Shown here one piece after another: positions 8,576-18,831 of a DNA stretch of 64,000 nucleotides. Both the position numbers and the translations under genes were made by a program. The notes beneath the pieces were generated by a model. The model saw nothing but the letters and a program-made list of their open reading frames with translations, was not told the origin of the DNA and did no database searches. Position 1 is the stretch's first letter, and each line of letters starts with the position of its first letter. The stretch comes from Gammaproteobacteria bacterium (lineage in GTDB: Bacteria; Pseudomonadota; Gammaproteobacteria; G965209235): assembly GCA_965209235.1 (NCBI GenBank), contig OZ242382.1, forward strand, positions 10,613 through 74,612, given 5' to 3'.

Positions 8576-11298
8576 ACTGTTTTGACCGGTCTAAGGGTGC
8601 GCCACAAAATGTCGAATGCTGACAGATAACGCTCGTCCCTCAGCTTGTCTTTCGCGAGCGTACTCAGGCGAGCGTCTGCAAATTCCGCAGCTATCGCCAG
8701 AAGTGTCTGCTCGACTCTCTCCTGGGACACGGGCGGCGCAGGATCACCTGGCTTCAATGCGGAAGGCGCAGCGAGGACCGCCGCATGCCGTCGGGGAGCG
8801 CGCACCGGAAATAAGATCCCAACGCCACCGACGTCTTGACCGGCTGACTGATGAAGCGCGCAGGCGTAGCACAGGAGTTGCATGACCTCAGGTACAACCT
8901 GGGTATGTTCAAGGTCCCCCATCCAATCAGCCATCGATTCCAGACTCTTTTTGACGTTGGTTCGTGCGTTCGCGCTCTCTGATGATTTCCAGTCCCAAAT
9001 GATGTATCTGGGTGCCGTTGGTTCTTCGTTCACCACATCCACTCGATCAATGCGCCCACGGGCCACCATACCCGCGCCATTGCTGATAGGAATCTTCAAT
9101 TCGATATCGAGTTCAGATTGATGCGGTTGTCCGGCTGCAAACGGCGCTCCCTCCAAACTGTTCTCCACCTCAACCCACTCTGTCAGGGCTGCGAAAATAC
9201 GTGATTGCTCGACGCTCCGCAAATGCGGCGGCACGGTCGCATCTCGTATGGCTCGCTCACATGCTTGGCGAATGGCGTCATCATCAACTGTCGCCCATGA
9301 AGAATCTCCCTCAATCATGTCTTGCAGCAGAGCGTGCACCACTTGGTGAAGCCACATGCCATGGCTGAGAGCATCCACCGGCACCTGTTGGAGCTCAGCA
9401 ACGCCGGCGCGTAATCGATGATTGCGAAACGCTGTCCATGGATCATTCACCTGCTCCGAAAACATGGTGATACGTGTGCGGTACGGCGCGCCGCTACCTA
9501 TCTCCAGCGGAGCACTCACATCTTGAATAAGATCGCTAGCGATCACGACCTCCCCGGAAACACGTAGATGCTTTGTCCACTGGACAGCCTTCAGCCACAG
9601 GCACTGCGGGACCTCATTCCCGGAGAGTACAGACATCTCTGACGTTGAAACTGTGACCGCAGGCGCGCTGCGCACGAGCAATGCAAACGCGTCGTAGTGC
9701 CGGGCTGCAAACTCTCCCGGATCACCCCCTGGCACCTTGAAATAATGCGCGATACTCGAATCCCAGTTTGCTGGTGATGACCAAGATTGCGCCGCTGAGT
9801 CCTCACTCACCCCTGTCACAAATAGGTGATCCAATGGGGTGTACGTTGCTTCTTCCATCGAATAAAACGAGACCTGTTCCACTGTGGAGGGGTGAAACGC
9901 GCTCAATCGGTCGGCGAGATGTGTCACGAACTGACGTGCTGTCATCAGACCTAGGACGTCCGATGCTGTTTGAATGTTTGCGATCTGAGTATGGACGTGT
10001 TGAATCCACTGATCGCGAAACGCCGTACCAGGCGGCACGATATCCCCGCATCGCGCTAACACATCCGCCGCTCCGCGAACCCACGTCGCCGCTAAGTGAC
10101 GGTCGCGTCGACGGTGAAAGAGTTTTGGAAGCTCCGCCACACCGCGCGCGCGCCCCTGTGACTGCTCCCACGCTTCTTGGAGTGTCGACGTCGCATACGC
10201 GTGCCTCGCCACCCATCGCCTCATCCGTTGCCAGTGACTCGGCATTCCGACAAGTGGGTCAAGGTGCATGACACTCGTCAGCACTTGGGTGGCCTGCTCA
10301 CCCTCCAAGCCAATCCAGATCCATTCCAAGATTCGACCGTACAACACCGACCACCCGCTCATGTCGGTGCTGAGCGCTGCTTCAGCATGCGAGAGCCCAG
10401 CGCGCCGCATTGCAGCGCGTAGCATCGGTTCAGCGGAAAGCGTGCAAACCCCAATGCGCTCACCGGGATGATTCCGCAAACACTCTGCGATCTTGGTGGC
10501 CGCTCCTTCCGCTTCTTCAATGGTTGAAGCGTAGCAATCAAACGCGACATGCGGCACTTCATCAAACGAACCCTCTTCACCGATGGGCAGTTCTTCAGTT
10601 GAGTGAAACAGGCTTGTAATCAAGCGCAATTCCGGCCCGGAAAAACGTGTAGGATCGACCACAACACACTCAGGGCCAAGCGTTCGCTCACGCTCGAGCA
10701 TTTGGGTGGCGTACATCTGCCACGTGCCCGTCTTCCACTCAGCGCAGCGAGCCTCAAATGCCTCAATCGTCGATGTGACATCGACAACCATACTCTCCAC
10801 GTGTTGAAACCGTTGTGATTCTCGAAGAGACAGGCGTTCAATGGCCTCCCCTCGCGGACGATCCGACAAGACCAGCATTCCGTGAAACTGCGCTAGTCTC
10901 GTGGCCAATGCAGCAAATGACTGAACACCGCCGATGTCTTGGCCCAGTTGCGCCAGCCGCGATTCACGCACCAGCTTCAACCACATCTGTTGGGCATCGA
11001 TTGCCGATAGCAACCCACCTGACCAGCGACCAAACATGCTCTGGGCATCCTGATGCCAATCCTCATTTATCAACGATCGAAGTCGATGAACCCGTGGCGA
11101 AATCTGGGTGTTTGTGCTGTCGAGGGAAAGAGCCCTCTTGCGAATGGATGTGGCCGAAGCGAGGTTTGGCGCCAAAACAAGAGCGCCGCGCCGAAGCACG
11201 CGGTCAAGCTGAGCTAGATGCTGACTTCCACTCACAGGAACCGCCTTAGAATCCGTGTGATGTCCATCGGGTAGGTGCCGTGAAAAACGTGCTATCAA
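8572..11298 (-). CDS. addB: AddB-like inactive helicase / PD-(D/E)XK nuclease
   Basis: ATGA-coupled to addA; nuclease motif RGRIDRVD...IWDWKS...QLLCYA; no Walker A. True start may be GTG 11235. Confidence 0.7.
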   Translation of the reverse strand: MIARFSRHLPDGHHTDSKAVPVSGSQHLAQLDRVLRRGALVLAPNLASATSIRKRALSLDSTNTQISPRVHRLRSLINEDWHQDAQSMFGRWSGGLLSAIDAQQMWLKLVRESRLAQLGQDIGGVQSFAALATRLAQFHGMLVLSDRPRGEAIERLSLRESQRFQHVESMVVDVTSTIEAFEARCAEWKTGTWQMYATQMLERERTLGPECVVVDPTRFSGPELRLITSLFHSTEELPIGEEGSFDEVPHVAFDCYASTIEEAEGAATKIAECLRNHPGERIGVCTLSAEPMLRAAMRRAGLSHAEAALSTDMSGWSVLYGRILEWIWIGLEGEQATQVLTSVMHLDPLVGMPSHWQRMRRWVARHAYATSTLQEAWEQSQGRARGVAELPKLFHRRRDRHLAATWVRGAADVLARCGDIVPPGTAFRDQWIQHVHTQIANIQTASDVLGLMTARQFVTHLADRLSAFHPSTVEQVSFYSMEEATYTPLDHLFVTGVSEDSAAQSWSSPANWDSSIAHYFKVPGGDPGEFAARHYDAFALLVRSAPAVTVSTSEMSVLSGNEVPQCLWLKAVQWTKHLRVSGEVVIASDLIQDVSAPLEIGSGAPYRTRITMFSEQVNDPWTAFRNHRLRAGVAELQQVPVDALSHGMWLHQVVHALLQDMIEGDSSWATVDDDAIRQACERAIRDATVPPHLRSVEQSRIFAALTEWVEVENSLEGAPFAAGQPHQSELDIELKIPISNGAGMVARGRIDRVDVVNEEPTAPRYIIWDWKSSESANARTNVKKSLESMADWMGDLEHTQVVPEVMQLLCYACALHQSAGQDVGGVGILFPVRAPRRHAAVLAAPSALKPGDPAPPVSQERVEQTLLAIAAEFADARLSTLAKDKLRDERYLSAFDILWRTLRPVKTV

Positions 11299-11462
11299 CG
11301 GTCAAGAGTGTATGTGCAGCGGCGATGGGCGTCAGCACTAACAAAATGCGTGAGCAGGATTTCTCCTCGCAGTCCCCATACCGCTTCATCATCGGCGGTT
11401 TGATCTTTACTGTGGCGTTTGTCGTGTTCTTCGCTGTCATCGCCGGGTTATTGGCCTCATAA
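11280..11462 (+). CDS. DUF2970-family small membrane protein
   Basis: 'SV.AA..GV......EQDFS..SP..FII.GL.F...FV' pattern, 60 aa, one C-terminal TM segment. Confidence 0.75.
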   Translation: MKNVLSTVKSVCAAAMGVSTNKMREQDFSSQSPYRFIIGGLIFTVAFVVFFAVIAGLLAS

Positions 11463-11472
11463 CAACACAAAT

Positions 11473-12102
11473 CTACTGGTAGTACGCCTGGCTGCGATCG
11501 GTGTGATCTGTGACATCAAGCACCTTCTCGACCTCAGGCATGTGTTCTTTCAACGTTTTTTCAATACCTTCGCGTAGCGTGACGTCCACCATGCCGCAAC
11601 CCTGGCATCCTCCGCCAAACTGCAGCACCACGGTCCCCTCGTTGGCTTCGACCAGCGTGACGGTCCCTCCGTGGCTAGCGAGATTGGGGTTGACCACCGA
11701 CCAAAGGACATAGTTCACCCGTTCTTCAAAGCTTGCGTTGTCTGGCAGTTTCGGCGTCCGGGCATAGGGTGCGCGAATGGTCAGTTGACCACCAAACTCA
11801 TCTTGTAGATAGTCGACAGTTGCTTCGAGCAAGAATGCCTGACTGCGATGACAAACCCACACAGTGAGGTCGCCATACGACACAGCGGCATCCTTGCTGT
11901 CCACATCTGATTCCACGCAGTACGCGATGCACGTTTCCGCTTGCGGCGTGCCAGGGGAATCCACAAACATCCGAATGCCGATGATTTTTGAATCCTTCTT
12001 GTCAGCGACAAGGTTGTTCAAATAATGGATGGCTGCCTCAGACATCAGGGGATCCTGATCCGTCGCAACTCTCGGCGAAACTCCGTTGACCGCGCTCGTC
12101 AT
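11473..12102 (-). CDS. nfuA: Fe/S biogenesis protein NfuA
   Basis: N-terminal degenerate A-type domain (PGTPQAETCIAYC, GGQLTIRAP) plus NifU-C domain NPNLASHGG...FGGGCQGC. Confidence 0.93.
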   Translation of the reverse strand: MTSAVNGVSPRVATDQDPLMSEAAIHYLNNLVADKKDSKIIGIRMFVDSPGTPQAETCIAYCVESDVDSKDAAVSYGDLTVWVCHRSQAFLLEATVDYLQDEFGGQLTIRAPYARTPKLPDNASFEERVNYVLWSVVNPNLASHGGTVTLVEANEGTVVLQFGGGCQGCGMVDVTLREGIEKTLKEHMPEVEKVLDVTDHTDRSQAYYQ

Positions 12103-13034
12103 TACAACTTGCTTTCGAATTCCGGAACGGCTTCGAACAAGTCAGCAACCAGTCCATAGTCCGCAACCTGAAAGATCGGTGCGTCTGGGTCTTTATTGAT
12201 GGCAACAATGACCTTACTGTCTTTCATCCCCGCGAGATGCTGGATCGCTCCAGAAATCCCAACGGCAATGTACAACTTGGGCGCGACCACCTTACCGGTT
12301 TGGCCAACCTGAAGATCGTTTGGCGCGAATCCCGAGTCAACCGCAGCGCGAGACGCACCAACAGCAGCACCGAGTTTGTCGGCAACACTCTCCAAGATCT
12401 TGAAGTTGTCGGCATTTTGCATACCCCGGCCACCTGATATCACAACATCTGCTGCCGTCAAGTCAGGACGGTCACGCTCCACCGCTTCGGAGTTCACAAA
12501 TACGCTTTGGCCTGATGTCTCTCCTGCGGAGATCTCTTTGACAGTCCCAGCGTCGCCATCACCCACGGGATCAAACGCGGTGGCGCGCACTGTTGCGACC
12601 AGCACGCTATCGGAGCTTGTCACCGTCGCAATCAGGTTCCCAGCGTAAACGGGACGCTTGGCCTGACGCGGGGACAAAAACTCAATCACCTCAGTGAGGG
12701 GTTGCACATCTAGCATCACCGCCACGCGTGGCATGAGGTCTTTACCCACTACCGTTGCGCCTATGAGGACTTGCGCGTAGCCGCCTTCCTTCACGAGTTG
12801 CGTGACGATCGGCGCCACATCCTCGGCTAGCGGATACGACAGATGATCGGCAGATGCACAAAACACCGTCGCAACCCCATCGCAGGCCGCCAGTTCCGCC
12901 GCCGCAGACGCAATGTCTCCACCGGCAAGGATCGCATCAACGGGTTCACCAATGGACTTGGCTGCCGCAATCGCTGAGCGCGTTGCGCGAGACAGGGTCC
13001 CGCCTGCAACCTCTCCTACAACAAGAGTCGTCAT
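12102..13034 (-). CDS. etfA: Electron transfer flavoprotein alpha subunit
   Basis: [41 protein letters not shown]. Confidence 0.97.
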   Translation of the reverse strand: MTTLVVGEVAGGTLSRATRSAIAAAKSIGEPVDAILAGGDIASAAAELAACDGVATVFCASADHLSYPLAEDVAPIVTQLVKEGGYAQVLIGATVVGKDLMPRVAVMLDVQPLTEVIEFLSPRQAKRPVYAGNLIATVTSSDSVLVATVRATAFDPVGDGDAGTVKEISAGETSGQSVFVNSEAVERDRPDLTAADVVISGGRGMQNADNFKILESVADKLGAAVGASRAAVDSGFAPNDLQVGQTGKVVAPKLYIAVGISGAIQHLAGMKDSKVIVAINKDPDAPIFQVADYGLVADLFEAVPEFESKL

Positions 13035-13783
13035 GAAATCACCTTCGCTTCAGTTTTCAGTTTCTGGACCAGTTCGTCCACAGTTTCGACCATCACGCCG
13101 GCTTGTCGCTCGGGGACAGGTCCCACACTATCGACGGTCAGGCGAGGCGCGACGTCAACGCCGAGATCATCCGCACTCATCACGTCCAGGGGCTTACGCC
13201 GCGCCTTCATGATGTTTGGTAGTGAGGGATACCGAGGCGTGTTGAGACGCAAGTCCGCACTCACAACGGCGGGCATTCCCAATTGAATGGTGTCGATACC
13301 ACCATCCACTTCCCGCGAAACCGTCACCTTGCCGCCGTCAATCTTAACTTCGGATGCGTAGGTCGCCTGTGGTTGCCCTAAAAGCGCAGCCACCATCTGA
13401 GGCACGTGGTTGTTATCGCCGTCAATGGACTGTTTACCAGCCATCACCAATTCGACGCCCTCTTTTTTGGCAACTGCGGCAATCACTTTCGAGACTGCAA
13501 GCGTTTCAACGTCCGCATCCACGGTCACATGAATCGCGCGATCAATGCCCATGGCCATGGCAGCTCGTAGTTGCTCTTGTGCCTCTTTTGGCGCAACCGT
13601 AATCGCGATCGTCTCAGAGGCGGTCCCTGCTTCCTTCAACTGGATGGCGGCTTCAACCGCGATTTCACAAAATGGATTCATGGCCATTTTGACATTAGCG
13701 AGATCCGGACCGGAGTGATCCGACTTTGCTCTCACCTTCACGTTGTAGTCCACAACGCGCTTGATTGGCACAAGCACCTTCAC
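13031..13783 (-). CDS. etfB: Electron transfer flavoprotein beta subunit
   Basis: [46 protein letters not shown]. Confidence 0.97.
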   Translation of the reverse strand: MKVLVPIKRVVDYNVKVRAKSDHSGPDLANVKMAMNPFCEIAVEAAIQLKEAGTASETIAITVAPKEAQEQLRAAMAMGIDRAIHVTVDADVETLAVSKVIAAVAKKEGVELVMAGKQSIDGDNNHVPQMVAALLGQPQATYASEVKIDGGKVTVSREVDGGIDTIQLGMPAVVSADLRLNTPRYPSLPNIMKARRKPLDVMSADDLGVDVAPRLTVDSVGPVPERQAGVMVETVDELVQKLKTEAKVIS

Positions 13784-13834
13784 GACAAGTTGTCCCTAAG
13801 AAATTGACGATACCTATCCGATTCTATGGCAGTC

Positions 13835-13863
13835 TGCACAATATGCGGCGAGCTTTTTATAAT
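13835..13863 (+). promoter_or_regulatory. Candidate sigma70 promoter for ETF-QO in the divergent etfB/ETF-QO spacer
   Basis: TGCACA-17 nt-TATAAT (perfect -10 at 13858-13863, 4/6 -35). Confidence 0.35.
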
Positions 13864-13990
13864 TCATCAGTCCTAGCGTCAAATTCGCAGTCGGGTCGAC
13901 GTTAGGGCTGCATCGGGAAAGCAATCACCTCCGTTGTCGCTGGGCGCGACGGGCGGAGGGTCACCATAAAGAGTTGGGAGATCCCCGCAT

Positions 13991-15628
13991 ATGCCCAGTT
14001 CTGCGCAACCTGACCGCGATGTCATGGAATTTGATGTCGTGGTCGTTGGAGGTGGCCCAGCTGGGCTATCCACCGCCATCCGATTGAAACAACTGCGACC
14101 TGAAGCCAGCATCTGTGTCGTTGAAAAATCCGCAGAGATTGGCGGGCATATCCTCTCGGGCGCCTGCTTCGACCCCCGCGCTCTGAATGAATTGATTCCC
14201 GACTGGGCCGAAAAAGGCGCACCTCTCGATGTCCCGGTCACAGAAGACGAAGTGCGGCTTTTGACCAAAGGTCGATCGGTTCGCGTGCCAGTGATGTTTG
14301 CACCATGGTTACACAACAAAGGCAACTACATCGTCAGTCTTGGGGCCGTCTGCCGGTGGCTGGCAGAACAAGCGGAAGCTCTAGAAATTGATATCTTCCC
14401 GGGCTTTGCGGCATCCGATCTGATTGATGGCCCTGGCGATACCGTGGCTGGTGTACGCATCGGCGACTTTGGTGTCGATCACAACGGCGACCAAAAACAA
14501 CAGTTCACCCCGGGCATGGATCTAATGGCCAAGACCACTGTTCTGTCTGAAGGGTGCCGTGGACATTTGGGGAAACGCGTCATACGGCGCTTTGGACTTG
14601 ATCTCGGCCGCGATCCGCAGCACTACGGGATTGGCCTGAAGGAAATCTGGAACGTCCAGCCTGAGAATCACCGCCAAGGATTGATCCTGCACTCGATCGG
14701 TTGGCCAGCCGCCAAAGGTGTGGTGAGCGGATCATTTATGTATCACGGCGCGAACAATCAGGTGTACGTCGGGTACGTCGTGCCGCTGAGTTATGCCAAC
14801 CCCCATTTGCAACCATTTGCGGAATTCCAACAGTGGAAAACCCACCCCTCTATTGCTCGCACGCTACAGGGCGGTGAACGCGTGGCCTACGGGGCGCGTG
14901 CCCTGATTAAAGGCGGCCCCCAGTCTCGCCCCTCCATGGTTTTCCCGGGTGGCCTTTTGATTGGCGACGATGCCGGAACACTGAACTTTGCAAGGATCAA
15001 AGGGTCTCATACGGCGATGAAGTCTGGTATGTTGGCAGCTGAGGCCATCGCTGCGCATCAGCAAGATGGCGGGTCCCTTACACCTTATGACCACTCATTT
15101 GAGACGTCGTGGGCCGGTCAGGAGTTACGGAAATTCCGCAACTTCGGAGCGCTGGTGAAGTCTTTTGGTGGTATCTTGGGCGGAGGTGCGTTCCTCTCTG
15201 AACAAATCATCAGTTTCGGTAAAGGTCTCGGGACGCTGCGCGATTCAAAACCCGATCATGCAACGTTAAAGGCAGCATCAGACTGCCCCGTGATCCAGTA
15301 CCCGAAGCCAGATGGCAAGATCTCCTTTGATCGCCTGAGCTCCGTCTTCCTGTCAGCCACAAATCATGAGGAAGATCAGCCGTGCCATCTGACTCTGGCC
15401 GACCCTGAGACGCCAATTCGAGACAACTTACCTCTGTATGGCGAGCCTGCGCGGCACTATTGCCCTGCCGGCGTATATGAAGTAGTGACAGACAAGGATT
15501 CATCACAATTCGTGATTAATGCACAGAATTGCGTGCATTGCAAAACATGTGACATCAAGGATCCTGCCCAAAACATTACATGGGTCACGCCAGAAGGTGG
15601 AGGCGGACCAAACTACCCCAATATGTGA
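13991..15628 (+). CDS. ETF-ubiquinone oxidoreductase
   Basis: GGGPAG FAD motif, GGHILSGA, KGSHTAMKSG, C-terminal CPAGVYE...NCVHCKTCDIKDP 4Fe-4S; divergent from etfBA. Confidence 0.96.
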   Translation: MPSSAQPDRDVMEFDVVVVGGGPAGLSTAIRLKQLRPEASICVVEKSAEIGGHILSGACFDPRALNELIPDWAEKGAPLDVPVTEDEVRLLTKGRSVRVPVMFAPWLHNKGNYIVSLGAVCRWLAEQAEALEIDIFPGFAASDLIDGPGDTVAGVRIGDFGVDHNGDQKQQFTPGMDLMAKTTVLSEGCRGHLGKRVIRRFGLDLGRDPQHYGIGLKEIWNVQPENHRQGLILHSIGWPAAKGVVSGSFMYHGANNQVYVGYVVPLSYANPHLQPFAEFQQWKTHPSIARTLQGGERVAYGARALIKGGPQSRPSMVFPGGLLIGDDAGTLNFARIKGSHTAMKSGMLAAEAIAAHQQDGGSLTPYDHSFETSWAGQELRKFRNFGALVKSFGGILGGGAFLSEQIISFGKGLGTLRDSKPDHATLKAASDCPVIQYPKPDGKISFDRLSSVFLSATNHEEDQPCHLTLADPETPIRDNLPLYGEPARHYCPAGVYEVVTDKDSSQFVINAQNCVHCKTCDIKDPAQNITWVTPEGGGGPNYPNM

Positions 15629-15658
15629 TTATTTCGGATAGGGACGTAAGGAGAGAAA

Positions 15659-16174
15659 ATGAACATTTACTTGATCGGGCCGATGGGAGCAGGGAAGACG
15701 ACCACAGGGAAAGTGGTCGCGCAACAATGCGGAATGGCCTTCCATGACACGGATGATGTGCTAGAAAAGCGCACGGGTGTGGATATCAACTGGATCTACA
15801 CCCAAGAAGGTGAAGAAGGCTTTCGCGAACGCGAGCGCAAGATTATTGACGAGCTCACCCAGATGAGGCGCGTCGTACTGGCCACTGGCGGTGGTTGTGT
15901 CAGCGATGAAGAAACGCGAGATATGCTGTCAGCCCGCGGCTACGTTGTCTACTTGGCAACGCCTGTCAGCGTGCAGTATGAGCGCGTGATGCATGACACG
16001 AATCGCCCTGGGTTAGACGGCGCTCAAGACCCTCGAACGTACCTTGAAGCTCTCCATGCTGAGCGAGATGGTCAGTACCGAAAAATTGCTGACTTAGTCG
16101 TGGACAATCGCCAGAAGAATGGTCGTCTGATTGCGAAAGAAATCCTAGAAAACGTACGGTTCTCGGTGTCGTAA
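15659..16174 (+). CDS. aroK: Shikimate kinase
   Basis: IGPMGAGKTT, D.D, EGEEGFRERE, ATGGG, RP.L; strong RBS AAGGAG upstream. Confidence 0.93.
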   Translation: MNIYLIGPMGAGKTTTGKVVAQQCGMAFHDTDDVLEKRTGVDINWIYTQEGEEGFRERERKIIDELTQMRRVVLATGGGCVSDEETRDMLSARGYVVYLATPVSVQYERVMHDTNRPGLDGAQDPRTYLEALHAERDGQYRKIADLVVDNRQKNGRLIAKEILENVRFSVS

Positions 16175-16422
16175 GACACCCGTCTCACACTCACTGCCTC
16201 ATCCATTGAGGCAGTTGCGGTCCCTGCGAGCTTGCCGACATGCGTCGAACGCAGAGACGGCACCTGCGTCTCGAAGCGAGCAAACGTACATCACAATTGC
16301 GCAACTGGTACATCTAGCCCGACCTAACAGGCGCCAGACTCAGACTATCTGATCACGTACGGCCACTTCAAGGCATCAAAGAGTAATTGAACCTTGAAAT
16401 GGCCGCGATTCTCGCGAGCCGA

Positions 16423-17649
16423 TTAGCTGGCGCCGCGAGGAACGTCCTTGAAGGGAATGCCCTTATCAGCCCGCGGATCTTGTGGCAACCCGAGCACGCG
16501 CTCAGCGATGATATTCCGCAAAATCTCATCCGTTCCACCCGCAATGCGCAGACCAGGTGCGGCAAGGTATGCCAACTGGAACATGCTGCTGTCATCTCCG
16601 GGAATGCGCGCGTTCGCCACCGACCCGCAGAGGTCGAGGCCAAAAGCGCCAATCGCTTGCAATTTGTTCGCGCTCACAATCTTGGTGATGCTCGCTTCTG
16701 GGCCTGGCGTTTGCCCGCGGGACAACGCCGAGATGTTACGGAACTTGGTATAACGCAAACCTGACATTTCACAGTACCACTGCGCAAGCTTCGCTCTCAC
16801 CTCGCCATCATCTAACGCACGATGGTTACCCACCATCGTGGATGACGCGAGATCGAACGCCTCGTCAAAATCAGGTCCAGAGGCATCACCCACAGCTAAC
16901 CGCTCATTCATCAGCGTTGTCAGCGACACTTTCCATCCATCACCGACAGCGCCTAACCGCTGGGAATCTGGGATACGCAGGTCTGTGAAGTACACCTCAT
17001 TGAAGTTACTACCACCGCTGATCTGCTTGATCGAGCGCACTTCAACGCCCGGTGACTTCATGTCGAAGAAAAAGTAGGTCAACCCTTGGTGCTTCGGCAA
17101 GCTGGGATCGTGACGCGTCACGATGATGCCGTAGTCTGAGAAATGTGCACCCGACGTCCAGATCTTCTGACCGTTAATGATCCAGTCACCGTTGTCTTGC
17201 TGCACGGCCTTGGTTTCAAGTCCGGCGAGATCCGAACCGGCGCTGGGTTCGCTAAACAGCTGACACCACACCTTTTCGCCGGCGGCCATCGGAGTCAGAT
17301 GCTCTTTCTTTTGCTCATCGGTGGCATATGTCATCATGACAGGGCCAGCCATCCCTTGACCGATCTCAAAGAATCCGCCGGGAATCTTGTACTTCGCAAG
17401 TTCTTGGGACCAAATCACTCGTTCCATGGGCGAAGCGCCACGGCCACCGTATTCCTTGGGCCAGTGCAAGCAAGCCCAACCGGCGCTTTGTAACTTCCGT
17501 TGCCACTCCTTGGCTTCCGCAAGCCCCCCATCATTACCGGAAGCTCGCCAAATATCACGAGCGTGTTGCTTTCTCTCTGCATTCGCAGAGAGCCATTCAG
17601 ATGCTTCTTTTCGAAACTTTGCTTCGGATGCGTTATCAGCAAAATCCAT
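16423..17649 (-). CDS. Acyl-CoA dehydrogenase, catalytic-type subunit of a heteromeric pair
   Basis: WCQLFSEPSAGSDLA, NGQKIWTS, FNEVYF.D, IAGGTDEILRNIIAERVLGLP. Confidence 0.92.
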   Translation of the reverse strand: MDFADNASEAKFRKEASEWLSANAERKQHARDIWRASGNDGGLAEAKEWQRKLQSAGWACLHWPKEYGGRGASPMERVIWSQELAKYKIPGGFFEIGQGMAGPVMMTYATDEQKKEHLTPMAAGEKVWCQLFSEPSAGSDLAGLETKAVQQDNGDWIINGQKIWTSGAHFSDYGIIVTRHDPSLPKHQGLTYFFFDMKSPGVEVRSIKQISGGSNFNEVYFTDLRIPDSQRLGAVGDGWKVSLTTLMNERLAVGDASGPDFDEAFDLASSTMVGNHRALDDGEVRAKLAQWYCEMSGLRYTKFRNISALSRGQTPGPEASITKIVSANKLQAIGAFGLDLCGSVANARIPGDDSSMFQLAYLAAPGLRIAGGTDEILRNIIAERVLGLPQDPRADKGIPFKDVPRGAS

Positions 17650-17671
17650 GATCGTCTCCTCTTCCGTGTTG

Positions 17672-18751
17672 TTATGCAGCGACGGCGCGGCGTTGTGCCA
17701 CAGCGTCGATCAGTCGGTCTCGCCAAAGCATTGAGTTGCCGACATGGGTCGCGAGCAGCCGGTTTCGGCGGTAGTAAAGATGGCAGTCAAACTCCCATGT
17801 GAAACCCATCCCGCCGTGAATCTGAATGCCTTCTTTCGTACAAAACGTGCCCGCTTCCATCGACGACAGTCGCGCTGCTGACGCAGCTTCTGTCAGTTCA
17901 TCTGCACACGTTGCTGATGCCCATGCGGCTCGGTAGCAGTTAGACCGCGCCAACTCAATCTTGACGTACATGTCCACCAAGCGATGCTTGACGGCCTGAT
18001 ATGTTGCAATTGGCCGTCCAAAGGCATACCGCTCCAGTGCATAGGACTTGGCGATATCCATAGCAGCCTCGGCGACGCCAAGTTGTTCAAACGCGAGGTA
18101 CGTGCCTGCATGGTCAATCAGACGATCAACCGCTTCCGCTCCGCCGACCTTCTTGGCCTTTGCTCCTGTAAACGTCACTTTGGCCAGCGACCGCGACGGA
18201 TCCATGCTGTCATACACAGAGACGCTGACGTCGGAACCCGCTTCAACAAAAAATAAACCACGACCTTCGCTTCCGTCCGCCGTCACCAAATAGCCATTGG
18301 CTGAGCCGCCATCAACAACGCCAACCTTTGAACCGGTCAGTGTCTCGCCGTCGTAGTGCACGGGATTAGATCCGTCTTGCTCGGCGTACGCTGCGATCAT
18401 AGAGCCATTGGCAATGGACGGAATTACTTCAGACGCAAGCCTTTCGTCCTCTCGAACAAGAGTTGCGCCAACGATCGCCACTGAAGAGCCGAATGGCACC
18501 GGCGCAATATGGCGCCCCATCTCTTCCCCGATCAAACAGGTTTCATACTCAGATAGCCCTGCGCCCCCCATCGATTCGGGGAACGGCGTGGCTAGCCAGC
18601 CATGCTCTGCGAGAGAAGTCCACAGCGAGCGATCGTACCCCCCTGCGTTGTCGAGTTGCTCACGCATCTTCCCGACAGACCCTTCTTGCTCCAATAGTCG
18701 ACGCACCTCGTCGCGAACGACGAGCTGGTCTTGAGAAAATTCAAAGTTCAC
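17672..18751 (-). CDS. Acyl-CoA dehydrogenase, partner subunit
   Basis: PE..GGAGL, YALER.AFGRPI..YQAVKH, IQIHGGMGFTWE.DCHLYYRR. Likely start GTG 18751. Confidence 0.9.
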   Translation of the reverse strand: MNFEFSQDQLVVRDEVRRLLEQEGSVGKMREQLDNAGGYDRSLWTSLAEHGWLATPFPESMGGAGLSEYETCLIGEEMGRHIAPVPFGSSVAIVGATLVREDERLASEVIPSIANGSMIAAYAEQDGSNPVHYDGETLTGSKVGVVDGGSANGYLVTADGSEGRGLFFVEAGSDVSVSVYDSMDPSRSLAKVTFTGAKAKKVGGAEAVDRLIDHAGTYLAFEQLGVAEAAMDIAKSYALERYAFGRPIATYQAVKHRLVDMYVKIELARSNCYRAAWASATCADELTEAASAARLSSMEAGTFCTKEGIQIHGGMGFTWEFDCHLYYRRNRLLATHVGNSMLWRDRLIDAVAQRRAVAA

Positions 18752-18831
18752 GATGCCCAAACTTGTGGCGAAACGTCAAACGAATTGTAGGACTGCCACC
18801 CAATCATCACAACCGCAGCGGTCAAGCTCCT

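Noticed and set aside
5372-11298. Helicase-nuclease pair as an anti-phage or Cas4-like system
   Set aside because: Architecture and order fit housekeeping AddAB; no CRISPR array or defence genes nearby.
16340-16410. 6S RNA (TTCAAGG...CCTTGAA resemblance)
   Set aside because: Only short word matches; no long closing stem seen and not in the usual zapA/ygfA context.
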